From NCBI GenBank assembly GCA_905178155.1, contig CAJINV010000001.1:7485506-7549505 (forward strand): a stretch of DNA of 64,000 nucleotides. Reading direction: 5' to 3'. The translations under genes and the position numbers were made by a program. A model generated the notes under the pieces. That model made no database searches and was not told the origin of the DNA. It worked only from the letters and a program-made list of their open reading frames with translations. This DNA is from Amoebophrya sp. A120. Lineage: Eukaryota; Protista; Dinoflagellata. Below, in pieces: positions 34,376-47,300 of this stretch. Numbering within the stretch: position 1 is the first letter of the stretch; every line of letters starts with the position of its first letter.

Positions 34376-37300
34376 ATGTCCTTCTGCGCCACGGACTGGA
34401 CCTGTTACTCGGAGGCGGGGATTTTCCTCCTCCCATGCTACGTGTTCCTCCTCTTCGCCTTCCCCCTCCGCTACTACGAAGTCAAGCTCTCTGCCCGGTG
34501 CGCCACACCAGGGAAGATGCCGCGTCTGCACATCGCCAAGCGGGTTCTGGTGGTGGTGCTTGCCTGCCTGTCCGCGCTGATCGGGGCCGTGTATCTGGCT
34601 TTCGTGGGCCTGAACTCCGCTTCAGCAGACGACAACGGGGTTCTTGTGTATTCCGCGGTTCTACACGGCGTATGTTACGCTTGCGCCTTCCAGCTGCTCA
34701 AGGAGGAGTACCAGCGGTATCTACCGCAAACCTGGATCGGCTTGCGAGGCCTCTGGTTCGGCAGCGGCATCGAGGGCTTGCTGCGATTCTTCTGGTACCT
34801 CAGCCTCAGCGACTATGGGTTCCTGGAAGTGTACGGAATCAGAGTGGAGGAACCAGACGGGCAGCCGCTGGGAAAAGCGAGCGCCACGACTGGTTTCGAT
34901 AGTATGTCGGCAGCGCCATGGCGGGAAAATTTTGCCAGGAGCGAGAGCGCAAATCTGCTGGACGCTCGGTTGTACAAGCTTTTTTCGGGGGGAGCAGCAT
35001 TTCTTCCTCGTGACGACCTTGTATCTACTTCGTCATCGGTTTCAGTACCTCCACAACCAGAACCACACAGCATGCTCACAAAAGTCGTGGACCATTCTTC
35101 GAGCGGTTTAGAAGATCACACCAACTACGACCACCTCCGTCACAAAACCCTATCGCACAACCTGGACCTCCCGCAGTACGATCACCTAGCTTTCTTACAT
35201 TTCCTGTTCGAACTCTCTGCCCTGATCTTCGGGGGCTGCCAAGTGATTCTGATGTTCCTGTCCTTCTGGGCCCACGACCTGCCGGTCGACGCCTTGCTGT
35301 TACAAAGCTTGCTGCCGGTGGATGACGAATTCTGGACCCGGTACGTGGACAAAGCCAGACGCGCCGAGCAACCGCACGCTTCCGTGTTTGGCGCCGAGCA
35401 GGAGGATTTTGACGTTCTTGCCACTTACCAGCCACCCGATCTCTTGCTGCCGCACCCGCGCGGAACTTCCGCCGTGTCCAGTCCGACCGCGGGGTTTCGG
35501 CACCAAAATTCGAATTCGTATCTGCGAGAGCTGCAAGTAAATAACCCAGCTGTAGCACAGAATTCCTACTCCGTGGTTTCGGTATCCCGAGCAGCTGGTG
35601 CTGTTCCAAACACAGCAACAGCCGAGCAGGCGGGGGTTGCAAAGTGGACGATTCTGGTACTTCCTATAACCGAGAGCACGACAAGCAATTCCGGCAACGC
35701 GGAAAATCAACAAGATTCGTCTCCCTACGCGTCGAGTGTGAAAAGCTGGGAAGAGGTGCGGCAAGTTCGGGAGGAGCTGAAGCGCACCTTTGGTACCCAC
35801 CCATTTTGGGCCTGTCGGATACCGTACCTCGCGTCACGCCCAGAACAGTACAGGGGCGAGGAAGCCCGGGCGTTGGAGGAATGGTTGCGACTAGTTGTGG
35901 AGCTCTTTCTGAATCAAATGGTGCAGCTGCACTCCTCTAGTACAACGTCCGGATTGCTGCTGCAGGGACCACCCGGTAGTGCGACCGCCACCCCGGTCTT
36001 TCCTAAACCAGGGCAGAGCTTTCGTTTTCACCGAAGTGCTTCTCGCGGCTCCGCTGCAAATTCCCCCGCAACTTCGATCACGCCTTTCGACTACAGACTC
36101 GGTACGGCTGGGGCTGCTGCTGGTGGCGCATTTCTCTTGCAAAAAACGCGGTTCCTATTCGACTTCTTTGGTTTGCCCTTTCCAGAGACAGTAGTTTCCG
36201 CCGCAGCGAACGACATGCAGAGAATAGAGAAAGTCGACGAAAATATCGGGTGGACCTTCGATAAAAAGGGGAATCGAACGGGCCTAAGTATTAACACGGC
36301 CTTGTCTCCTCCTCCAGAATCACCTTTGACTCAGGTCGGCGCGCCCTATTATGAAATCACCATCCCGCGGTTCGAGCTCGTGCAAAAGGGCGGCTACGTG
36401 GCCTACAGCATTCACATCATCGTCCAGGGCGCGGAGCTTCTTTTGGGCGGAGGTTCTTCTTCTGGCGAGAAAACTTCTCTGCAACCGCCAAACAAAGTCA
36501 CTGTCCACGCGGTCTCGCGACGCTACCGGGAGTTTGCGGCGCTCGAGACGACTCTGCAGTACCATTTGATGCGGATCAGGACCGCGGTCGTACAAAAACT
36601 GCCTCCTCTGCCCGCCAAAATGCGTTCCGTTTTGCGCAAGGACTACTCCTTTTTGCAGCGGCGCCGCGCGGATCTCGAGCGGTGGCTGCGTAGCGTCGTG
36701 ACGCATGCGGAGCTGTGCGACCACGACGCCGTGCGAGAATTCCTGCTGACAGAAGACCCGGCAGCGACGTTGGTCACTACGGAAGTAGACGATCACCCAA
36801 CGTTGAGTTTCGCAGAACAAGAATTAATGATCCCGCGCCTCTGGTCCCCCCTCTCCCGCGGCCACTCCGACACGCCGGTCTTCCATCTGCCGCGCAGCGC
36901 GGTTCTGCGGCGCGGACGCAGTCTGGACGCGTCTCCGAGTTTCACGAAGGAAATCGAGGGCGCCTCGTTGCCGAGCCCGCGGGGCAGTGGCACAAATCTG
37001 GTCGATCACGATTCCTCGGACTCCGTCGGGTCACCCCACCCGTCTGTCAGTGCCTTCGAACACGACCCGACGTCTTCAAAGGACACAAACAATTTGATCA
37101 AAGACAATCAGACTGTCGGAGGAGACAAGATGGCAAGCAAGACCCAGGACATCATGGGCGGAAACACCAGGGAGGAGCACACGGATAATTCCTTTCCTAC
37201 AGCTGCTTATGTGGAAGGTTGGGAACCACGCACGGACAACATGAACCAGCAGTACTATTCATACGGCATTCGTTTGGAAACTGATGCCGGCGCAAGTTGG

Positions 37301-37549
37301 ATGGTGCATCGACGTTTTCGCGATTTCGTTCACTTGCTATCGCAACTCCAGACCCACGCCGGCAGCGAGATCTGCGAACTGCTGTTACCGCCCTTACCGC
37401 CGAAATACCACGTTTTGGTAGACCCGACGCCCGAACAGAGGGCGCCAGCGCTGGAAAGTTTCCTGCAGCAAGTGCTGTCCAGTGAGAACGCGCTGTACTT
37501 TTGTCACTGCGAAGGACTCAAAAACTTTCTGCAGGTGCCGAAAAGATAG
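34376..37549 (+). CDS. Multi-pass membrane protein with two clear (possibly three) PX domains
   Basis: N-terminal 4-5 TMs. PX signatures VSRRYREFAALETTL...LPPLPAK...RRADLERWL and VHRRFRDFVHLLSQL...LPPLPPK...RAPALESFL. A degenerate PX-like unit lies at ~35640-35900. Confidence 0.8.
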   Translation: MSFCATDWTCYSEAGIFLLPCYVFLLFAFPLRYYEVKLSARCATPGKMPRLHIAKRVLVVVLACLSALIGAVYLAFVGLNSASADDNGVLVYSAVLHGVCYACAFQLLKEEYQRYLPQTWIGLRGLWFGSGIEGLLRFFWYLSLSDYGFLEVYGIRVEEPDGQPLGKASATTGFDSMSAAPWRENFARSESANLLDARLYKLFSGGAAFLPRDDLVSTSSSVSVPPQPEPHSMLTKVVDHSSSGLEDHTNYDHLRHKTLSHNLDLPQYDHLAFLHFLFELSALIFGGCQVILMFLSFWAHDLPVDALLLQSLLPVDDEFWTRYVDKARRAEQPHASVFGAEQEDFDVLATYQPPDLLLPHPRGTSAVSSPTAGFRHQNSNSYLRELQVNNPAVAQNSYSVVSVSRAAGAVPNTATAEQAGVAKWTILVLPITESTTSNSGNAENQQDSSPYASSVKSWEEVRQVREELKRTFGTHPFWACRIPYLASRPEQYRGEEARALEEWLRLVVELFLNQMVQLHSSSTTSGLLLQGPPGSATATPVFPKPGQSFRFHRSASRGSAANSPATSITPFDYRLGTAGAAAGGAFLLQKTRFLFDFFGLPFPETVVSAAANDMQRIEKVDENIGWTFDKKGNRTGLSINTALSPPPESPLTQVGAPYYEITIPRFELVQKGGYVAYSIHIIVQGAELLLGGGSSSGEKTSLQPPNKVTVHAVSRRYREFAALETTLQYHLMRIRTAVVQKLPPLPAKMRSVLRKDYSFLQRRRADLERWLRSVVTHAELCDHDAVREFLLTEDPAATLVTTEVDDHPTLSFAEQELMIPRLWSPLSRGHSDTPVFHLPRSAVLRRGRSLDASPSFTKEIEGASLPSPRGSGTNLVDHDSSDSVGSPHPSVSAFEHDPTSSKDTNNLIKDNQTVGGDKMASKTQDIMGGNTREEHTDNSFPTAAYVEGWEPRTDNMNQQYYSYGIRLETDAGASWMVHRRFRDFVHLLSQLQTHAGSEICELLLPPLPPKYHVLVDPTPEQRAPALESFLQQVLSSENALYFCHCEGLKNFLQVPKR

Positions 37550-38181
37550 TGAACACGAGCCGCTTTAGTCTCGATCGATTCTCACCACTACAATGACGTC
37601 TCCCTTTTATTCTCGTAGGAGGAAAAGAACTACGTCAACGTCTTGGCAAATCTAATGATATCGACGCAACGCATCAGATTTCGCATTCTAACATGGCAGG
37701 CACTTCTGGTGCAAAAGAAAGAGATAGTGCCAGAGAAAACCAGTTCGTTATAGATAGAAGTAGTTGGGGTTTCTTTTCTGGAAAGATCACGGGATTTTTG
37801 CGCAGCCTTTCTTGTAAGCAAGGAATGTACGAGCGACACTTCAGTGCGAGGTTGCCAGCTCCAATGACGATCTTCAAGTTGCGCCAGGTTCAATGGATCT
37901 CCACGTCGTAAGCAAGCACGAAATCATCGAGATCGTAACTTTATACTAGTCTCGTCAGTTGAGTTTTTCCTCCCGCTCCGGCTGCAGCCAATTTATTTGA
38001 AACTAGATTGACGCAAACACATACAAGCATACTACCAGTCAAAATTAATGTTCAATAAGGGTAAACGAAAGCGAGCAGATGTGCAGGCCAAGCTCGGCTT
38101 GAATATTGTTTTCGACCAATAAGTTGTACTAAGAGCTGAAAGCTGTTCTTGAATGCCAAGTATCGTCATCATATTTTTTGA

Positions 38182-38333
38182 TACGAAGTCTACTCATGAT
38201 GTGTAACTAAGGCGACTCCGGAATATTCGTGGCTGCTCCTGGTAGTTCTTCCTCGTTGAATAGGATGAGTACAAGATAAACGAACTTGAACGATACAGAT
38301 CTGAAATGCGGACTTTTCACAATTAACTTCGTA
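38182..38333. mobile_element. Short TIR element just upstream of the giant helicase gene (possible 5'-UTR introner)
   Basis: Perfect 8-bp TIR TACGAAGT/ACTTCGTA, extending imperfectly to ~18 bp. Flanks TTTGA (38177-81) and TTTGT (38334-38). Confidence 0.55.
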
Positions 38334-38399
38334 TTTGTCGTACTTGCCCATTAGGCAGTTGAAGATTCTTGCGGTTGTCAACCGCTGAACACCGAGAGG

Positions 38400-41300
38400 A
38401 TGAAGGCAGGCGGTGGTGGGCCCGGGGTAAGGAAAAGCGGCGGCGGCAAGCAAAGTGGTGGCGGGGGCAAGCAAGGCAGCAATGGCGGCAAGCAAGGCAG
38501 AGGAGGGGGAAAGCAGGGCAACAATGCGAGTAAGCAAGGCGGCAGTTCTGGGAGCAAGCAAGGGGCCGGCGTAGGAGGCCAATCGTCAAGCTCAAAAAAT
38601 TCCAACAAGGGCTCCTCGGGCTCAGGAACCAACAAAAGCGGCGGAAAGGCTCAGTTTCAATCAGGGAAAGGCAAGGGGATCTGCACGTCCTTCGCCCAGA
38701 CCGGAACGTGCAAATACGGCGCTAACTGCAAGTTTCAGCACATTTCTCAAGGTGGATCTTTCACCGGTTCACGTGGTGCTACTGCTCAGGGGGGCACAAG
38801 CAATAACTACTTTGGTTCCACCGGCGCTGCAAACGCTGCCTCGTCCGCTGACAGTCGGCGTTTCCTGAAGCAGCTGCACGCCACCAACGATCCGGAAAAG
38901 CTCGCATTGCAGATCCAGAATTGTGGCACATACTGGGAGCAGTGCTGGGCCGATGCAGGGACCAGCGGTTTTTCCTTCCGCGACCTCCACCTCCTGGCGC
39001 ACGTGTTCGCCAGAATTCCCTACTCCAAGACGGGTGAGATTTCGCCGCCGCCACTGAATGACTGGACAAAGGTCATGATCAAGTTTCTCCAGACCGGCAT
39101 CAAAGCGGATGAGCCACTTGTCAGCTTGGTCGAAGTCGTTCTCAACGTCGTGAAAAAAATGCTCGAATTTGAATGGGAAGAGGAGAAGGGCGTGGTGCAG
39201 ACAGCTCTGCAGGATGTTTTGGAGGAAGCTGAGAGACCGCTCTCGCGACGGGAAAAAGACCAAAAAAGCGCCAAGGATCGCATCTCGGACCTGGTCGATG
39301 AACTACAGGAGAAGGAATGGATGATCAAGATCGCCAACAAAGCAAAGAAGGCCGATCTGGGCAATGCAGCTGCTCCGAGCAGTAGCAATTTCGCTTCGGC
39401 AGAAGAAGAAGAAAAAAAACCGTTGGACTATAAAGACTGGCCGATAGCGACAGTAGACTGGCTCTGCACGGCAAAGTTCTTTACGCCAACGGCTTTACCT
39501 GCAATGCAGGTGCCAGCGTCGCGCTCCAAAGGAGTGTACGCAAGTCGGGACCAATACCTGGACACGACTCAAAAATTGATGGTTGCTATGGCATTCTCGG
39601 AAGGCCATGGTGCCTTGGCTCCAAGATGCTGGGAGAAAGATGCTCAGGGAATGTCTTGCCAGGCAACCCTCTGGCCGGTTTCGGAAAAGACGGGAAGTGG
39701 GGCGGGTAACAAACGCTGCCGAACTCGAAACTGCACAGGTCAGGTTGTGCTAGCTTGCAAAAATCAGTACCACAACCACGGTCTTTGCGGACGCTGCGCC
39801 GCGCAGGAAAAGGCCCGAATCCTGGGCGCAGCAGGCATGCACGCATCCACCCACGTGTACGATGGTCGCGTATGGCGCGTGGATCCGGTGTCTGGAAAAA
39901 TTTTCGTAGAGCGATTTGCTTCCCGAAAGCCGCCCACCGAGCGCGCTGTGCACTGGAAGAGCACGAAGCGCCTCTCCTCGCCCAATCTGGTAGGGGTAGT
40001 CAAGCTCGGGAATCGGGCGAACCCTGGGAGCACGTTTACGGGCCGCGCGCTTCGTGGAAGTGATGCCATTCATTGGGGCGAGGTGGCAAACCACGGGATC
40101 CCGAAGGACGAATTCAGAGAGCGTGAGAAGGGCAAAGTCTGCGTCAACATGACTTCGATCACTCGCAACTTTGACCCGGAGGCCATCTGCGAGGGCGATG
40201 TGGTCGCCATCATCGACTGCATGACGTTTGTCCCGGAGTACGTTCCAGTTTTGCGCGCTCTCGATTTACAAGCTCAAGAAACTTTGCCCTTTCAGGACGG
40301 TTCCATGCTGAATCTGAATGCGGAGCGCCCAGCCGACACCACAAACTGCGTGTCCCGGGAGGCTTTCGCCGCGTACGCCACGGGAACGGTGCCTCAAACA
40401 GTCATTCGGCAGCACGTGAGCAACATGATTTCCGACAGCACTCTTCAGCCAATTCGCGAAATCCGGCAGGACATTGCTCTCTCAAATCAGATGGAAAACG
40501 AGATCACGACACTGGTCGAGCAAACGACGTTGGACCAGGGACAGCTCGTGAACTTTCTGGATAGCATGCGGAATGCCGTCCACCTGACGCAAGGACCACC
40601 GGGAACGGGAAAGTCGTACTTGGGAGTTGTGATTGTCCGGGCCTTGATGATCGTGCGAAAGTTCTGGGTGCGCAAGAACCCGTCGGTGGGCCAACCTCCG
40701 ATTTTGGTACTGTCCTACAAGAACCACGCGACGGACGAGTTTTTACTGGACCTGATCAAAGCCGAAAAGCACGCACTTGCCCCCGCCTTTCAGCGGCGCG
40801 GAGGACGCGGTGCGAACTACAATCTAATTCGCATGGGCAACACAGACGAGCCGACTCTGGCGCCGTATTGCGAGCGATGGCAGGCACAACAATCGAGCGG
40901 CCGGCTGTTGCAGTGCAAAAATCAGATGCAGCAGTTGAACGATTTGCGGAAAGCGTGTAAAGCAGTGTGCAAGTCTGCGTTACTTTTCAAAAGCTATCAC
41001 AGTGACATGTTCATCACAAACAGCGATGGTCGCCGTGAAGACGAGGCGCAAGCCAGAAAACGGCAACAGCGTGCGGCGTACGAAGCGACCGAGGTGCTGT
41101 TCGCGAGCATCGTGCGGGCTCGGCGACTACAGGAAAACTTTTTGCAGGAAGATCCCAGTTCCTCTGTTCCTCCTCCGAAGAAAAAGCGCCGGCGGCGCAT
41201 GAACAGCTTTGTGTCCATGTCATCAGATGAATCCGACGATGATATTGAGATGCAGGACGCACGCGACGACGGTCCTGATATAGAAGAGCGGCTCGACGCG

Positions 41301-44300
41301 ACCGCGAGGTTTATGACACTGGACGATGAGTCAGACACGCGCTTCCGCCAGCTGCAGAAGACTTCGAAGCTATTCGAAATGCAAGAGGATTTGCACGGAC
41401 TGTACGACGGACTAGCGCACTACATCGCGCTCGATCCTGCCAAGTATGAGGACCCGCACGAGCTGTTGCACATGTTTCTCGTCGGCACGAGGCCGTATCC
41501 AGCGTGCACGTATGAAAATTGTCGCGAACTGTCCTTGGATCACGAAGTAACGCTGTGTAACGACCACCGTTGCCACCTTCCGATTTTTCAAGCCGACGGG
41601 AGCAAGTTGCGGTGCTCGAAACCCCGCGACCCTCTGAAGCAGTATCTGTGTGCCGACCATGCTTGCCAAGCCGATTATTGCCAAAAGCCGCGTTTTAGGA
41701 TGGACGGCCAGGAGTGGCTGTGCGAGTCCTGCGTTTGCTTCCAATGCGTGAAACTGGGTATCGTACCGGCGCAGTGGGCTTGGGACGAGCCGCCGCGCAA
41801 CGTGTGTGAGAATCACAGGCTGTGCACTCTGCCGGATTGCCAGGAGCTGGCGCTTCCGGACGCTGACCACTGTGAGCTGCACTCGCGACCCAGATGCCAG
41901 TACCGGAAGCTGGGCGGGTGGGGCTTCCAGTGTGCGGAGGCTGCGATTTCTCGCGATTTTCCGTACTGCCGAGCGCACATCGATTTTTTTGCATCCGAGG
42001 AATCCCCAGAGCTGAAAAGTGCTGGTCCTGGTGCAGGAGCCGGGTCTCAAGAAGTGGAGCTCGAAGCAGCGATCCAGCTGAACAACGAGAAGCGAAGGTG
42101 TGCGGGCAAAACCCGGAAGGGTAAGGAATGCAGGTCCTGGGCCGAGCCAAATTCGGACTACTGCCATGCGCATGCGCCTCTTGTGGCGAAGGCTGTAGTA
42201 AACAGTGATCCAAGCTGCACAGGGGAGCGGAACCAAATCGATTCGCAGCCGGCGCACTGTGAACCCACGTTAACTTCGAACACTGCATCAAAGTCTACCA
42301 CTGCGCCGGATTCGGCACTGCCAACTGGTGCCGACGATGGATTTGCAACACCACGGAGCGGCGTTTCTGAAGCGGACAAAACCGAGGACCTCCTGCAGGA
42401 AGTTGCCGGGCCCGCTCCCGCACAGTCCCTGGGACCAGCCGGGAGCGCCACAGAAATTCCACCACCTTTCCCCGAAGCTGCAGTCGAGGAAGGTAGTGAT
42501 GTTGACGAAGAGGCACATTTTCGGCCACCGCCAGGGCTTGACCGCGCCGACATGGGGATGGGCAACGACAATCCGGATGAGGCAGAGGAAGCCGATGGAT
42601 TGCAGCACCTTCGCGAGGTGTACGATTTTGAGGAAAATGACGCCAGTGACGCATTCAACAATATAGGCGAGGACGATCCGTGGAGTGCCTCCGGTGCCGC
42701 CCCAGGGATGAACGAGGGGTTCCAGGAAAGTGAAAATAAACAAGGTACTTTTACAAATGATGTGCAAGAAGATGCTACTTTGCCGCGCCACTGCTGTTGT
42801 CATGCAAAAAAGTCGCGAATCGGCATCGAAAAACACTAAAACTACATGTTGAAGAGTCTGTATTAGTTTTTCTGCTGTAGGTTTTGTTACAACTTGCCAG
42901 GAGCCGGTCCGTCTTCGTCCGGGAGCCAAGGTTACGATGACAGCTCAGCAGTGCCGCCTCGGTCGCCTAAGCGAGAGACGCTGGAGAAGCGACCGCCGCA
43001 CGAATGGGCCTGGGACATGACCCTCGAGCAGCGTTGGGATGCGTGCCAAGACTTCATGTTCGGACAAATCGAAATTATGCAGGAGGTGCTCGAATGCGTA
43101 AAACAGCAACTGCCTGTCGCGCGGAAGCGCTTGCAGGAAGCGGACATCCGCACCAGGGCCAAAGTGTACGAGAACAAGACCGTGATCGGGGGCACCATCG
43201 TCGGATGCATTGCCCGCCTCGAGGCTATTCGGGCCACGCAACCGTTTGCCGTCATTGTCGAAGAGGCCTCGGAAGTGTTGGAGCCCTTACTCTTCTCGTG
43301 CCTGTGCCCGAGCACAACGAAGTTTGAGATGATTGGAGACCACCTGCAGTTGCAGCCGAGCCTGATGGACAAATTTGAATTTACCCTCGTGAACAAGATC
43401 AATGTCAGTATGTTCGAGCGCCTCATCCGCGCACCCCCGAATCACCAGGTGCCCAATGGCGTGCTGTCCATCCAGCGCCGTATGCGCCGGGATGTAGCGG
43501 ACCTCACGCGCGAGTACTACAAGGACATCGTTGCGATCCAGGACCACGAAGTATGCAGCACGAAAGTGATTCCCGGTTCCGACGCCCGGAAAAGCTTTTG
43601 GATGGGTCGCGAGATCCCTGGCGTGCAGTCGCACATCTATCTCTGGACGCACACCGGTGCACAGACCAAGGCCGAAGTGGGCATGAGCAAGATCAATCGG
43701 CACGAAGCAAAACTGATTGTGCACCTGGCATACTACCTGGTCAGCTGCGGCGTGAAGCGGGAGTCGATTGCCATTCTCACACCGTACAAGGGGCAGCTCA
43801 TGCTGTTGCGGAAAATGCTATTGCAGGACAAAACGAACGACCGCCTCCTGGCCTGGGACAACACGGCCAGGAACCAGGTGCGGTTGTCGACAGTCGACCG
43901 ATTCCAGGGGGACGAGGCGGATGTGGTGCTGGTATCCTTGGTGGTGGATGAGAAATCGAAAACGCCCTTCGTGAAATTGGTGAACCGCATGATTGTGCTG
44001 CTGTCCCGGGCCCGCCTGGGTATGTACGTTCTGGGCAACGTCGGGTACTTTGAAAACCGCAGCGGTGGCAGCGCTCAGAGCATCAAACACTGGATGCGGA
44101 CGTTCGAAATTTTGCAGCAGCCGGCGGAGACCTCGGACAACAGCTCCGACCGCAGCGTGCAGGTACAGCGAAAGGATGTCGAGAAAATGGGTTTGTCTCA
44201 AGCCTCTGCATCTGTACAGCAGGACTTGGAGCAGTTGCTCGCAGATGATGTTACCTGCGTGGACGTGAAGCTGTCTGGTGCTCGCTTCGACGGTGCGCGG

Positions 44301-47300
44301 GTTGGTGGTAAGCTTCCACTCTGCTGCCCACAGCATCCACTCGCGTCCCGCATCGAAGTCGAGAAACCGGAGGACCTGGCGTTGGGCTTTTGTGAGGTGG
44401 CCTGCGAGTACGTCTTGCCCTGCGGACACGACTGCGGGTTGAAGTGCCACTGGATGCAGAAAAAACACAACACGAAGTGCAAGGTCTCAGTGGACTCGCC
44501 GTGCGACAAGCACCCGGATCCGGTTTTGTGTCGCGACGTGTACCGAAATGCCCCCGGAGCGCGCCCGGACCAGGACGACATCGAGATTGCAAAAGAGAAG
44601 TACGCCTGTCCCGTCGACGTTTTGCTAGAACTGCCGTGCAGTCATGAGGAAAAGATGCCTTGTTTCCGGAAGGAGGCGATTTTGAGCGGCGGACTGAAGT
44701 ATCCCGATTGCAATCAGCCGTCGCCCAAACCGTATCTCTACCCATCGTGCGGGCACTCTCTTGCCGTGACTTGCGCCGAACTGTCGCGCTACGACAACCA
44801 CCCCTCGCAGGTCCCAAAGTGCGAGGAATCGGTGACCTACGTGCCGCAGGACTGCAATCACACCCGGTCTGTCCGCTGTTACCTTGAGCAACAATACAGA
44901 AGTGGGGCTGCGCTGTACACCTGTCCAGAAAAGGTCGACATTCTTCTGCCTCGCTGCGGGCACAACGCCAAAATGAGTTGCCAGCAAAGTGTCAAGCTCG
45001 CAAAATGGGAGCCCGGTCCTGGGAACGAGCGATGTTCTGAGGTCGGAGTTGTACGCGAAGGGGTTCGCTATGGTCCCAAGGATTACACATGCCGCGAGGA
45101 GGTGACGTTCGTCCGTGCATGCGGGCACGAGCAGAAGATGACTTGTGAAGCCGCGTTTCTCGCTGCAGAAAGGAAGCCTCCGTGCACGGAAAAGGTAGAG
45201 GTTACAAATCCGCATTGCGGCCACACCTGCGAAGTTGCGTGTGCAGAGGCGCAAAAATTGAAACATCTGAATATTCCTAATCCTTCGAGCGCGCCGCAGG
45301 ACGATCTGTGCGAGACCCGCGTGACGCCGTTTCCAACCACGTTGCCACGCGGCATGGAAAAGTGCAAACACCAGGTGAAGCTGCGAAGAAAGTGTGGCCA
45401 TGTCCAGGAAATGTCCTGTGCCGAAGCGCGACGGAGTCCCCTCAGCAAGTGCACTGCGACGGTGGAGATCCGTAGTCCGCTCTGTGGGCACGTGATATCC
45501 GTTCCTTGTCACCTGAAGAGTGCTGTGGAAGCGTGGCAGCCGTGGAGTGCAAGCGTCACGGAGGAATTGCAAGAACGTGAGGCACTGGTGCCGAACGCCA
45601 AGCCGCGGTGCTCGCTGCCAACTAACCAAGATGCGGTTTTGAAGATTCTCAAGACTTGCACAAAGAAAATCACAGTGGCCAAGAGCTGCGGACATACGTA
45701 CAAGGAATCGTGTAGAGAGCTGTTGACGATCGTGCAGGACGGTGGGCAAGTGAAAAAAGGTGACAGTTGTTCGGAGCTTGTGACGCGGACGTTACGGGAT
45801 TGTTCTCATGAGGTCACCATCCCCTGCAAGAAGTGGCAAAAGTATCAGGCGGGGCAGATTAAGATCGATTGCAGCACGGAGATTGTCGTCCCTTGCTGGA
45901 ATCAGTCTCGCTGTGGTCATACGGCCCTAAAAGTGAAGTGCTCCGAAAACACCGCTGGTCTCGTGTGTTGCGGCAAGGAGTCCTCTTGGCAGTGTCAGCA
46001 TGCGGACCAGCACGTTCATCAAGTTTCTCTTTGCTACCAAGGAGAGCCAACGATGTGCCCGACCTGTGACGATTCCGACCTCGACAAGGCCATCGCTTTA
46101 GCCCGGGCGCAGGCCGGTGAAAAACCGTTCACGGAGACACCTTATGCGCTGCTGAGAACTTCTACTTCTCGCTCCGTTCTCCGAAAAAAACAAGGAGGAG
46201 TGCGACAGGCCCTTTTCGGAACGCTGTTCAATCGACGAGGCGCAGAAGAGAGCTCTTGCCTGATCACGTCCTCGTTAACTTGCATCCACCCCCACAAAGT
46301 ACGGGACTTGCTGGCACTCGATGCGGATTCAAGATACTCGAACCTGAAGAAGTTTTGGGAGGAACAAGGATCCGTCTTGCAAAAGTGGAAAATGTGGCGG
46401 GAAAAGAATGGTCCAGCCGCACCCTTCGATCGAGAACTTTTTTCACCGAGTCTGATCCCAGTGTTTTTCGTCGTGTCGCAGGACAAGGGCGCCGAGGAGC
46501 AAGAACGGGGCTTCCTCAAACGGAGTAACTTTGTGCGAGGAAAGACCTTGGGTGGGATCGCCCTCCACCGGCTTACCAAAGACAACATTGCTACCGTTGC
46601 TCATGTCGCGAAAGGGTCTACGCCCAAGAAACTGCTGTGTGGGTATTTGTACACTGTAAAAGCGACAACCGATGAAAAGTGGCCGACGAAGCAGGGCACC
46701 AAAGACCTGGTCAAAAAGTGGCGCGAAAAGGAGGGCTGTGACACAGTCGAGTTCGCAGTAAAGGACACCACCGAACCGCGCAAACTCATAACATGGGACC
46801 CGTGTGCTCTCTACGCGACACACTGCCTTGGTCCGCTGAGCCACGAAGAACTGTGTGACTGGGCCGAAGATATCGACTTGAATCACCACGAGGAGTTGGA
46901 TGCAACGGATTTGAAGCCCCGGAGGATTGACTTTGTGGCCCCCGGGGTCGAAAGTCAAAAGATTACAATCGGCAAGGTGCAATCTCCAAAAGACGAGGAC
47001 GGCGAACTATCGCATACGAGCAGTAGTAGTGCGGCTGTCGGAAAGCCAGCCCTTGAGACGTCAACCCCTCTGAACATTCTCCGCGACACTTGGGCAGCGA
47101 CGGTTGCGTTCCCAACCTCGGCAGCAGCGGGAAATGAGGAGGACGTGTTAGGTCTGAAGAATGTCCTGTCGGGCGTCGCCGAAACAGAACTCAAGAAAAA
47201 GCTGCAGTTTATTAACGCCGACGCGGAGATCTTCGCGGGCAAGAAACTGCTTGAAACAGTGCTAGGTAAAAAAGCGAAAGGCAAGAAAAACAAAACCGGC

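Noticed and set aside
38400-38640. GGCGGCAAGCAA-like repeats as a DNA repeat element
   Set aside because: Explained by coding for a Gly/Lys/Gln low-complexity (GGKQ) N-terminus.
42878-42880. TAG at 42878-80 as the acceptor for the first intron of the giant gene
   Set aside because: Wrong phase for the 42745 donor; CAG at 42898-900 keeps the frame.
46150-46260. Possible in-frame introner in the giant gene (weak IRs CTTCT/AGAAG and TCCGAAAA/TTTTCGGA)
   Set aside because: No TA...TA termini. The best direct repeat (GAGAACT/GAGAGCT) is 94 nt apart, which would not preserve frame, and the ORF is open through it.
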